DNA from: a virus
DNA: 64,000 nt
IMG/VR virus record: IMGVR_UViG_3300040801_005040
Span: 37,885-101,884 of that record
Direction: 5' to 3' (one strand)
Under the pieces are notes generated by a model. It did no database searches, had not been told where the DNA came from, and saw only the letters and a list, made by a program, of their open reading frames with translations. The position numbers and the translations under genes are program-made. This document shows positions 10,554 to 19,306 of the stretch, in pieces (the first letter of the stretch is position 1; every line of letters begins with the position of its first letter).

Positions 10554-11873
10554 TTAGGAAAGTGTCGGAATAACTACACCATTGGCGCCATTGATAGCTG
10601 TGTTGAGATCAGCAATCAAAGCGTTTGTTTTAGTGAATGTACCGATATCTTCCTTAACAAAGATAGTAATCTGCTTTTTGGATGCAACTTGCTCATCATC
10701 CCTTCCATAATCCCTGTACTCAAGGCTAACTGCATGGTAGGTAGCATCAAGCTCAGAGTCATAGTGCTCTGGAAAGTTATGAGGATAACCAGCACCACGG
10801 AAAGTGTCTTGCCTGTTACCAAGCAGGTATTCTTCCATGTTGCGTACACTGTATCCATCTCCTTTTGCAGGAGTTCCTCCTGATACGCTGATAACAGGGG
10901 AATCCGCAGGAGTTTCAGCAGTTACAGTAAACAAAAGATTAGTACGGGTTTTCTTGCCAGTTACATAGTAATCAGCCAGCCATCCAGTTTTTTCAGTAAT
11001 GACTACTTGCCATACTGAACCATCAACGCCAGGAGTGGTTTGAGCAACAGTTGCAGTTACACCAGATACTCCGTTTGCACTGAAGGCAAGAGCAGCTTCA
11101 ACCCTTTCAAAGGCAGAAGTAATTGCTATAGCGTTAGTGGTAGGAACAGCAGTGTAATCAGTGTTTGCGTTAATCCAATCTGAAATTTCAGCTGCGAGGG
11201 TAGTAGTAGTACCACCAGCAGTAACAGGAACAAAATAATCAGTTCCGTTAAGAGTAACTTTTACATTGCCATCTTCAGTTGCAACAGCAGTCATTGTAAG
11301 GGTTACAACAGCAGCAGTACCATCGGTGGTGTTTTTATCAAACTTAAACCAACGATTCTGAGGAAGCCTTACAGTAGTTGCATCTTGTTGAGTAAGCAAG
11401 AAGGTACCAGTATCTTGAGGTTGTTCACGAGACCAGTTACGAGCAAGAGACTTGATAAGACCATCAACTATCTTTTCACTATCGGTGTCAAGAGCCTTGT
11501 AAAATGCTTCTTTAATGTAAAAGTCTTCCGCTGAAAGACTGCCAACTCCCTGTACTTCAATTGCAATGCGATAAAGTTCACCTGCAACAGGGGTTCCAAT
11601 AGGAACAGTTACTACTTTAGGAACTGCAGCTACTGCCTTCTGTGAGCTACCATAGGTAACTTTGGAAGGATCCAATTTATACTGTGTAATTCCACCTTTG
11701 AAGTTTTTTACCCCAACCATGAATTCCACTCCGTTTGCAGGAGCAGTACCATCTGCACTAAGCACAAAAGCATCACCATTGGTGGCATTTCGCGCTTCAC
11801 CCATAGTACCATGGTTTGGATAATCCTTTCCAATTAGGACGTTTCTTACGTAATTTTCACCTATTAAGGCCAT
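10554..11873 (-). CDS. Virion structural protein (crAss-like conserved capsid-block gene; auxiliary capsid-like)
   Basis: Synteny after the MCP block; EEYLLGNRQDTFRGAGYP..Y..V motif; Thr/Ala-rich beta insert. Confidence 0.55.
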   Translation of the reverse strand: MALIGENYVRNVLIGKDYPNHGTMGEARNATNGDAFVLSADGTAPANGVEFMVGVKNFKGGITQYKLDPSKVTYGSSQKAVAAVPKVVTVPIGTPVAGELYRIAIEVQGVGSLSAEDFYIKEAFYKALDTDSEKIVDGLIKSLARNWSREQPQDTGTFLLTQQDATTVRLPQNRWFKFDKNTTDGTAAVVTLTMTAVATEDGNVKVTLNGTDYFVPVTAGGTTTTLAAEISDWINANTDYTAVPTTNAIAITSAFERVEAALAFSANGVSGVTATVAQTTPGVDGSVWQVVITEKTGWLADYYVTGKKTRTNLLFTVTAETPADSPVISVSGGTPAKGDGYSVRNMEEYLLGNRQDTFRGAGYPHNFPEHYDSELDATYHAVSLEYRDYGRDDEQVASKKQITIFVKEDIGTFTKTNALIADLNTAINGANGVVIPTLS

Positions 11874-11889
11874 AATAATAAATATTTAA

Positions 11890-12600
11890 TTAAACGCTTC
11901 TTTTATTTAATTCTACTTTAGCTTGAAGGGAATTTTCCCTGTAACTTCCAATTGCATGTTCAACTGCCCTATTAAGAATATTCCTGTGCAACTCTGTTGT
12001 AAGCTGACATTCTGTTTGAGAAGTTAAACCCTCTATTGTATAACCAGGATAGTCTACAGATAGGTCAGTTAATATGATAGGCAAAGGTTTTTTAATGTAT
12101 CTCATTTGATACGAAGTAGGAGTATATTTAGAAATAATCTCCACTGTTTTAGAACCTCCACCAAGACTTACATCCAACCTCCATGCTTTATTCCTATCAG
12201 GTTTTCTAAAAGGGTTAAGTATGCTCACATTATACTCATCGTGCGTTATGGGCTTAACTGTAATTGTTTCACCATCAAAACATTCACCAGGAGCTGATAT
12301 GGTAACCCTTTCGTTTATAATGTACCAGGTATCTGTTGGTATTACAAAGAACTTTGAATAAGGACTGATTCCAGCAGCATTGGTAGTTGAAACGCTTGTA
12401 CTATGTGACAAAACTATCTGAGCAAGATCCTTTCTTTGGTTCTCACCAAATTCAAACTGTTGATACAACTCCTTTACAATCTCTTCCTGTGCTTTGGTAA
12501 GAAAGACTGATTTCTCAAACTTATTTACTCCTGGCGCACTTTTACTGGCGAGATTATCGTAAAGAATATCGAATTCACTATTGAATTCAGGGTTTGTCAT
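11890..12600 (-). CDS. crAss-like ring/neck protein
   Basis: MTNPEFNSEFDILYDNLASKSAPG...EKSVFLTKAQEEIVK...YQMRYIKKPLPIIL...LHRNILNRAV, typical of the conserved crAss-like gene two positions downstream of the MCP. Confidence 0.7.
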   Translation of the reverse strand: MTNPEFNSEFDILYDNLASKSAPGVNKFEKSVFLTKAQEEIVKELYQQFEFGENQRKDLAQIVLSHSTSVSTTNAAGISPYSKFFVIPTDTWYIINERVTISAPGECFDGETITVKPITHDEYNVSILNPFRKPDRNKAWRLDVSLGGGSKTVEIISKYTPTSYQMRYIKKPLPIILTDLSVDYPGYTIEGLTSQTECQLTTELHRNILNRAVEHAIGSYRENSLQAKVELNKRSV

Positions 12601-13502
12601 TTTTCAGTAGCGTTTTCAACTCTTTTTTCAATTGCAAGTCTCATTTCCTGTCCAAAAGGAGAAGAAAGGAACCTACCTGCAGCATGAATATCAGGCTTGT
12701 CTGCTTCTTCTTCGCTTGCTATAGGCTCACCTTCTTTGGTAAAGTAATTACCATTAATCTTATCAACTACTCCAAGACCCCACGCTTCTTCAAGAAGCGC
12801 CATAATCTCAAAGTTTTTGTTTTTAGAAAGATTAAGAACTATTTCCCTTTCTTTTGGTACATTGATTGATTTACCAACTTCAGTCTGTAAGAATGATAGC
12901 TTAGCATTCAGGTTACTCCTTTTTCCAAGCTGAGACAAAATGAAACGCAAAGCCCTCCTGTCATTGGAGTATTTACTGTAAAAAGTAAATGCTTCTGCCT
13001 GTTCAGAGATTTTCTCTGCATCAGCTTTTTCATCTTCACCTTCTTCTATCAGAACATACCTGTAGCTTTCCCTGGGTTTTACCCGCATATCTTCTAAAGA
13101 CTTGGCTACAATTTCACTATTTAAAAGAACTTTGTAAATGATGTAATCTTCGGGAACATCAAGTTTAAGTATCTTATCTTCTTTTCCGAGGGCTATAGGA
13201 AACATTCCTCCCATTTTATAACCCCTCCAGAAATCTCCATAAATGGAAAGATCCCTTCGTAGTAAGAACTCAAGTCCTTGTTTTTCCTCATCCGTAAGGA
13301 TGTTTTTCATTTTGTCACTTCTGAGCCTTGGAGGACTTATGTAATCATAAGTACCATCCAATTTTCTTCCGTAAGCCACGTGATTAGGGTTAGTAATTTC
13401 CTTTGTTGGTTTAGGAATGAATTTAACCTTTACCACGCGAGCTTTTAAAAAAGCAGTACTGGGTATCTTCCCGCTTTTTGTAATTGTTTTTGTTTCTTCC
13501 AT
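12597..13502 (-). CDS. crAss-like conserved protein downstream of MCP
   Basis: Synteny; LTDEEK..LE..L..DLSIY..FW...L.LD.PEDYI.YK.LL motif. Confidence 0.65.
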   Translation of the reverse strand: MEETKTITKSGKIPSTAFLKARVVKVKFIPKPTKEITNPNHVAYGRKLDGTYDYISPPRLRSDKMKNILTDEEKQGLEFLLRRDLSIYGDFWRGYKMGGMFPIALGKEDKILKLDVPEDYIIYKVLLNSEIVAKSLEDMRVKPRESYRYVLIEEGEDEKADAEKISEQAEAFTFYSKYSNDRRALRFILSQLGKRSNLNAKLSFLQTEVGKSINVPKEREIVLNLSKNKNFEIMALLEEAWGLGVVDKINGNYFTKEGEPIASEEEADKPDIHAAGRFLSSPFGQEMRLAIEKRVENATEK

Positions 13503-13523
13503 TTTCTCCTGTTATTTAGATGA

Positions 13524-13547
13524 TATAGGGCAACTTAATGCCCTATA
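13524..13547 (-). promoter_or_regulatory. Stem-loop directly downstream of the MCP gene (mRNA stabiliser or weak terminator)
   Basis: TATAGGGCA/TGCCCTATA perfect 9-bp inverted repeat, no U-tract. Confidence 0.45.
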
Positions 13548-13554
13548 CCAGATA

Positions 13555-15063
13555 TTATGCTGCCAACATCTCAGGGATGATTTGAGCAGTACGAGAAGGA
13601 TCAAATACAACTGTAGCAAGTTGACAGAACTTGGTTACAATTGCACTATCCTCGTCGTGGGAAGCATTCATGTTGTTTGCCTGTCCAGTAAATGGATTCC
13701 TGAAGCCCCAACGATAGCTGCGGTATTCTGGGCTTCCATTAACTGTTACCTTTTGGATGTTAGGAGTTTCAGGAGTTCCGATATAGAAAATATCATAACG
13801 GTAAGACTCAGCTACTCCACGTCCACCAGGGAAGCGCACTTTATTCCTTTCCCTATCATCGTAGAAATCATCTACTTCAACTTTAACGGTTACACCGTTA
13901 GGAGCAAGATATTCTACGAATTGGAATCCAGCCTTAAGTGCATTGCTATGCAGTTCAGAGCTAGATTTAGAAATAGTATCGATTTTGTTTGATCCAGGGT
14001 TATTAAGGAAAGACTGCCATCCACTTATAGAAGTAATAACTGCTTTGTGGAATGCATAAGCTCCCCTTTCACCAGTACGGAGCATGAAGGTCCTTTCAGA
14101 GAATCCAAGCTTTCCTTCAGAAAGGCTAAGTAGGATTTCTTCCAGCATTTCAAGGTCAAATTCACCGTCATAGTAGTAGGTGTTTGCCATTTCCATTTGC
14201 TCACGAATACCAGATCCCATACGAATGGCCCATCCAGATTTGTCAATGTTTTGGTATTCACCTTTGTAATCACGGTTAGTCCTACCAAACATGAGCGCAC
14301 GGTTCTTGTAAGTAGCAAATTCTTGCTCAACAAGCCAGTCCTCATAAAGTCCAAGAACAGCAAAAGACTTTTTGTTACCTGCTTTATCAAGTACCGGAAG
14401 CCCATAAGCAAATTTCTTATTTTGTGCGTTACCAGCAATTTTGTGAGAGATACGAAGTGTAGAAACATCACCTCGCATGGAGATGGGAGTTACACGCCTT
14501 ACCCCACCAACGTCACGGGAAAGACCCCTTCCAACTGCAGCATATTCAACAGAGAACCTTTTTCCTGCCACAAGCTCTTCTCCAGGAATGGATTCAGCAC
14601 CCATCATCTCAACAGTGTATTTCCACTGTCCTGAGCCTACAGGTTTTGGTTCTTTTACAATACGCATTGGATAGAGCTCATTCTTCTCACCAACGATGGT
14701 TTCTCCATCAAAGAACCACATTTCATTGAAATACAGGTCAAAGGTGGTTCCACCTTCACCAATTCCAAAGTCATTAGCAGTTACTGTAGAACCCTGGTAC
14801 ACAGCCTCCTGCAACTCAATGTTGCGACGAGAGCTACCAATAAGTTCCCAGTAAAAATCCCTATCATCATCAATGTTGTAAGAGGGAAACTTACTCAACA
14901 TCGCTTCAAGACTCCTACCACGGTGAATTGCCAAAAGCTTAACCATTACGTTATTAATCTTTTGGGGCATCCTTTGGTACATCGCATCCAAAGTATTCTC
15001 TGGATTTATCATACCAGCGATAGCTTCGGAGTCTGTAACTTGGTATCTACCTAATTGTAACAT
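13555..15063 (-). CDS. Major capsid protein (crAss-like HK97 fold)
   Basis: 502 aa; FYWELIGSSRRNI.L, WFFDGETIVGEKNELYP.RI, GSGIREQME, MLRTGERGA..FHKAV, AGFQFVEY.APNGV.VKVEVD.FYDD, GVAESYRYDI; order portal - scaffold - MCP. Confidence 0.9.
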   Translation of the reverse strand: MLQLGRYQVTDSEAIAGMINPENTLDAMYQRMPQKINNVMVKLLAIHRGRSLEAMLSKFPSYNIDDDRDFYWELIGSSRRNIELQEAVYQGSTVTANDFGIGEGGTTFDLYFNEMWFFDGETIVGEKNELYPMRIVKEPKPVGSGQWKYTVEMMGAESIPGEELVAGKRFSVEYAAVGRGLSRDVGGVRRVTPISMRGDVSTLRISHKIAGNAQNKKFAYGLPVLDKAGNKKSFAVLGLYEDWLVEQEFATYKNRALMFGRTNRDYKGEYQNIDKSGWAIRMGSGIREQMEMANTYYYDGEFDLEMLEEILLSLSEGKLGFSERTFMLRTGERGAYAFHKAVITSISGWQSFLNNPGSNKIDTISKSSSELHSNALKAGFQFVEYLAPNGVTVKVEVDDFYDDRERNKVRFPGGRGVAESYRYDIFYIGTPETPNIQKVTVNGSPEYRSYRWGFRNPFTGQANNMNASHDEDSAIVTKFCQLATVVFDPSRTAQIIPEMLAA

Positions 15064-15085
15064 TATCTATTTAAATTTAAACGGT

Positions 15086-16198
15086 TTACACATCTATTTC
15101 AAAATCCCCTGTAAGGAACTTTGATTCATTATCTATTTGCGAGGTGTATGATCCATCCTGGGAGAAAGTAGAAACACTGCTTTTAAGTATTTCGTCAAGT
15201 TCTTTCGTTTTTCCAGTTTCAATGGTGGTATTCAATTTTGAAAAATCAGAAAAACCATCTGTAATCATAAAGAGGTATTCAGTAATCACTTTCATTTTTA
15301 CAGGATCATCTGTCAAAGCCTTACCATATTTAGATAACACTTTTCCATCTTTATCCCTTGCAATGGGAGTGGTAATCTGTTTAAACAACTTCTCTTTTTG
15401 ATTATCGTCAAGTTTAATACCGTCAATAACCTCTGTTGTTTTGTCAATGAACTGTTTTAAATCAGTGTTGACTTTTTCCTCCCTTTCCTTGATTTCCTTT
15501 TCTTTTTGCTCAAATTGAACTTTAGTAAAGGATTTGATGTTTTCAATTGCTTTTTTTGCATCTTCAACATCTTCACCAAGATCTACGCTTCTTTTTGCAT
15601 ATCTCTCAGCTTCTTCTCTTGTGAAATTCCTGTTCAGAAAATCCTGTGCAAGAACTTTAAACCTTAATTCTGAATTATTATCATCAGCCAGAACTTCAGG
15701 TGTAATGGAATTGAGTTGCTGCATAGTCCTTTCGTACTGTACAAACTCATCCTGGGGCACCCCCCTTTCCATTGCTTCTTTATAAGATTTTGTAATCTCA
15801 TCAAGCCCGTTTGTGATTTCAGACTTAATGGCTTCTTGTAAATCAGCAAAGCTTTTAACAGGTTTCTCTGTATTAAGAGAAGACAAAACCCCGGATTTAT
15901 GCAAATGCGTAGCCAAGGAAGAATATACTTCTGACAACTTATCATTATCAGAATCAGGAGAAGAAATGCTAGTATCTGCTTTCTTTTCCGGGGACTTTGC
16001 CTTTTCTTCTTCTCCAGCTACGCTCTCTGAAACGTTAGGTTTCTCACTAGAGGTTTTAGGTTGAGGCTGTGAAACCTCAGTTTTTTTAATTTCAGGTTGA
16101 CTGTTATCATCTGGGATAACTATGTCTTCAAATAACGTTTGGTCAGTTCCCTCATCCAGTAGGTTAAGGTCAAGTGACAAATCATCTCCTAATGTCAT
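15086..16198 (-). CDS. Acidic scaffold-like protein (crAss-like gene upstream of MCP)
   Basis: Acidic low-complexity N-terminus plus helical core; immediately upstream of the MCP. Confidence 0.65.
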   Translation of the reverse strand: MTLGDDLSLDLNLLDEGTDQTLFEDIVIPDDNSQPEIKKTEVSQPQPKTSSEKPNVSESVAGEEEKAKSPEKKADTSISSPDSDNDKLSEVYSSLATHLHKSGVLSSLNTEKPVKSFADLQEAIKSEITNGLDEITKSYKEAMERGVPQDEFVQYERTMQQLNSITPEVLADDNNSELRFKVLAQDFLNRNFTREEAERYAKRSVDLGEDVEDAKKAIENIKSFTKVQFEQKEKEIKEREEKVNTDLKQFIDKTTEVIDGIKLDDNQKEKLFKQITTPIARDKDGKVLSKYGKALTDDPVKMKVITEYLFMITDGFSDFSKLNTTIETGKTKELDEILKSSVSTFSQDGSYTSQIDNESKFLTGDFEIDV

Positions 16199-16230
16199 AA
16201 TTCAATTTCTTTATATTACTTCCTTACTAA

Positions 16231-16261
16231 CAAATCTAACTGGTTTTTAGTTATACGTCAA
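16231..16261 (-). promoter_or_regulatory. Bacteroidota housekeeping-type promoter (TTG-N20-TAGATTTG) for the scaffold/MCP operon
   Basis: Minus strand: TTG at 16261-16259, 20-nt spacer, TAGATTTG at 16238-16231 (matches TANNTTTG). Confidence 0.65.
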
Positions 16262-16276
16262 TGCTCCACAATATAG

Positions 16277-16885
16277 CTAAAACAGTATAATGTTTCCTCC
16301 AAGCCATAATGTACTATTGGTGTCATATCCTACTGTACCCCTAAATTTATTTATCCGTATTCCAAGTTCAGGCATAACTATTGGTGTATTATCAAGACCA
16401 TTATCAGGAATCCCCACTTTCATTCCAAAATCAATTGAGAATATGTCTTTAGGTACTTCCATCTCTACTTTCACCTTATCTTTTATCAGAAAGGGCTTAA
16501 GCTTATAGCTTGATCTTAATTCAAGAAGATCACCTCTGGTTTTTGCGTAAACATCAATTGTCTGTACCGTATCTTCAAATGTTTCTTTATACTCTTTAAT
16601 GGTAGCTAATTCCTTTACCATACTATCTTTAGCTATTGAGTCTTTTAAAGAGAGGTATTCCTTGTACCATTTATCTGTAAAATTCTTTTTTGGTTTTGGC
16701 AAAGGAGCTGGATTAAAAACAGGTGTAAAATCATTTTGTAACTGAGGCGCTGTTATTAATACAGGTACTCTTTTTGTAATTACCTCTGGTTTTTCATTAC
16801 ACGCATCAATATATAGCAGAATGAATATTAATGCTATTAAGTGAGGTAGATAAGTATGGAAAAGATGTTTTGCTATATCCTTCAT
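16277..16885 (-). CDS. Membrane-anchored protein, spanin-like candidate
   Basis: N-terminal TM helix ending YIDAC; C-terminal amphipathic beta strands ending in Phe. Confidence 0.45.
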   Translation of the reverse strand: MKDIAKHLFHTYLPHLIALIFILLYIDACNEKPEVITKRVPVLITAPQLQNDFTPVFNPAPLPKPKKNFTDKWYKEYLSLKDSIAKDSMVKELATIKEYKETFEDTVQTIDVYAKTRGDLLELRSSYKLKPFLIKDKVKVEMEVPKDIFSIDFGMKVGIPDNGLDNTPIVMPELGIRINKFRGTVGYDTNSTLWLGGNIILF

Positions 16886-19305
16886 TTGGAACTACTGGTT
16901 GCTGGTTTTCTCGTTTGAAGAGTTAGTTTTTTATCTTCTCTTTCCATCTTATCATCGTGCATTGCTTTCTGCAGCTTCCTGTCATCATCCTTATCTTTAA
17001 GTTGTTCCTTTTTAAATTCTAATTCAGCAAGATGTTTTTGATAATCAAGATTGGCTTTTTGAAGCTCTCCCTCTCCAACTGACATATCACTATTCATTAA
17101 CAGTTCAAGTTCAGCTATCCTGCTTCTTTCATCAATGTCATATATATCAACATTGAGTTTCTCTTGTTCGAGGGCAGTTTTCTGTGCGGCAATTTCTTGT
17201 TGCACCTTAAGTTGCTGTTGTTCTGCTTCAGCATTACGTTGCTGAGTTTGCTTTTCGTCTTTTTCAATTAACCTTTGTATTTCAGTTAAACTTGGACTAG
17301 TGTAAATTTTCATGATTGTGGAAAATGACAGAAGCTGGTTTTGCAATGCTGCCTGAGCAAGCATATCAAGATTTTGCTCAAGGGCTTCTGATTCTACATC
17401 ATTTGTAATTTCTAATCCATATTCATTTTCCTGAAACTCATCGCCATCTATCTCCATGATCTGAGCCGAGTAGTCAGATGCGATGTAAGACAATTTAAGT
17501 TTATTGCCCCTCATTGCAATTTTAGCAGTTTCAAGGAGTAATTCAAGAGCCCTTTTCTTGACATCCTGGTGGGTCTTGAATATCATTTCAGTAACATAGT
17601 TGCTTTGACGTATTGCAGTATCTACGCCACCTACAGTTTCCCTTTTCTCTACGTTTCCAAGACGCTGTTTTGGTACACCCGTAATCTCATCCATCATCTG
17701 TTTGGCATACTCCATTACCTCTATGTTACGGGCAATATAGTTTCCAATATCAGCGTTGTATATTTTACCAGAGGTATTCCCAACTGCTCCAGCAAGTTTT
17801 CCTGTTGATTGTCCTTTTGTTCCTTCGCGGAATGAATCAATTACAAGAATACCAGCTTTTTTTGCAAAATAGAGTGTCTTGGTAATATCCCATCCTTCCG
17901 GGAATTTAGCTTTGTCAATTTCAAGTACAGGACCAAAGAATTTACTGTATGCTTCCATTAAACGATAGAAAGCACCGTTAAATATGTAATTGAAAGGTTT
18001 GGCCCTGTCTAAAAGAGAAACTGCTTTTTGATCATTTGTATTATAAATTTGTCCTACTACTCCAGGAGTATTATATCCAGGATCCCCTATTTTATTGTAT
18101 TGAATAGGTCTTGGGCGCATATCTACGTAAATCTTATCAGCAATTTTAGTTCCTTGCCACCATTGACTTACCCACCTGTGGCCTTCGAGACTTTCACCAA
18201 GATTTTCATCAAGTATATAATCTTCATTGCGATATTTAATTTGAGTGTCTCCATCCCTGTCAATCCATTGAATTTTCAGAAGTTTTTTATAACTCCTCCA
18301 GAATACCCTTAATACCCTTACGTTTCCAGAAGTATCAAAATAGTTTGCCTTTGAGCTAAAGTCAGCATAACTATTTTCCATGACAGTAAGATTATCATCA
18401 AGGATATTAGTAAGTGCATTTCTGTATCTCCATCCTTCCCTGTCATCAATGTCTTCCCTGAACATATCACCATCCAGTTCCCTGCCCCCATGTTGCGTAG
18501 AAGTCTTTTCAAGAATGTAATCTATGTCCTTATCTTCAAGATCTTCATTAAATGTATCAATTATCTTTCCGGGAGACCAATAATCATCTATTACAATAAT
18601 AGAAGCATCTTCATACCTATTGGAAAATCCATGTTGTATAACATAAGTCTTTAATTCATTCAATCTTTCAAATACAGGGTTTCCATGAATTATATCGCAA
18701 TAATATCCTTCTTCCCCATTTATTAAAGCGCTTTTAAGACCTTCAGAGAATTTATGTTTTACATTAAGCTCTTTAACAAAATGCTTGAGTAATTCATTTG
18801 CCCTTTTTTCCCTGAAATCCTGCCATTCAAAAGACACATAATCAGCAAGAGCTTCCATTTCAGCTTTGACTTCATCTTCACTCATGGTATCATCCATAAA
18901 GATTTCATCAAGCTTTTGGCGTATCATATCTCTTTTTTCCCTTTCCATTTTACTAATGGAAGTAGGATTGATAACCCTTACAGTCCAGTCAAATTTCCTG
19001 GCTGCTTCTTCTCCTACCAGTACGTCAATCCTTGGGGCAATAATAGGGTAATGTTGAATTGCATCAGGGACAAAGAAATTTTCCATGTCATTTGGATTTA
19101 ACGTAAGCTTCATGTCATCCTTATGCAGAATGCCATTGTAAAAATCTACGTTTATTTTCTTTTCCCTTACTCTTTTGCGTATGGTTTCATTGAACATTCT
19201 ACTGTTGTCATCTGCCCAGTCAAGATGTTCTTTTCTCCATTTCTTATTTTTAGACCTAAATGATTTTTTCTGATTAGGCCACCTGCGCATTGTTTCTCTG
19301 CTCAT
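16882..19305 (-). CDS. Portal protein (crAss-like)
   Basis: 807 aa; IQHYPII.PRIDVLVGEE, RVLRVFWRS.KK, WW.GTKI, ITGV..QRLG....ETVGGV; downstream of TerL. Confidence 0.9.
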   Translation of the reverse strand: MSRETMRRWPNQKKSFRSKNKKWRKEHLDWADDNSRMFNETIRKRVREKKINVDFYNGILHKDDMKLTLNPNDMENFFVPDAIQHYPIIAPRIDVLVGEEAARKFDWTVRVINPTSISKMEREKRDMIRQKLDEIFMDDTMSEDEVKAEMEALADYVSFEWQDFREKRANELLKHFVKELNVKHKFSEGLKSALINGEEGYYCDIIHGNPVFERLNELKTYVIQHGFSNRYEDASIIVIDDYWSPGKIIDTFNEDLEDKDIDYILEKTSTQHGGRELDGDMFREDIDDREGWRYRNALTNILDDNLTVMENSYADFSSKANYFDTSGNVRVLRVFWRSYKKLLKIQWIDRDGDTQIKYRNEDYILDENLGESLEGHRWVSQWWQGTKIADKIYVDMRPRPIQYNKIGDPGYNTPGVVGQIYNTNDQKAVSLLDRAKPFNYIFNGAFYRLMEAYSKFFGPVLEIDKAKFPEGWDITKTLYFAKKAGILVIDSFREGTKGQSTGKLAGAVGNTSGKIYNADIGNYIARNIEVMEYAKQMMDEITGVPKQRLGNVEKRETVGGVDTAIRQSNYVTEMIFKTHQDVKKRALELLLETAKIAMRGNKLKLSYIASDYSAQIMEIDGDEFQENEYGLEITNDVESEALEQNLDMLAQAALQNQLLSFSTIMKIYTSPSLTEIQRLIEKDEKQTQQRNAEAEQQQLKVQQEIAAQKTALEQEKLNVDIYDIDERSRIAELELLMNSDMSVGEGELQKANLDYQKHLAELEFKKEQLKDKDDDRKLQKAMHDDKMEREDKKLTLQTRKPATSSSK

Positions 19306-19306
19306 C

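Noticed and set aside
13417-14674. Alternative-frame and antisense ORFs over the MCP (and similar short ORFs over other large genes)
   Set aside because: Shadow ORFs with no recognisable motifs, fully overlapping well-supported genes
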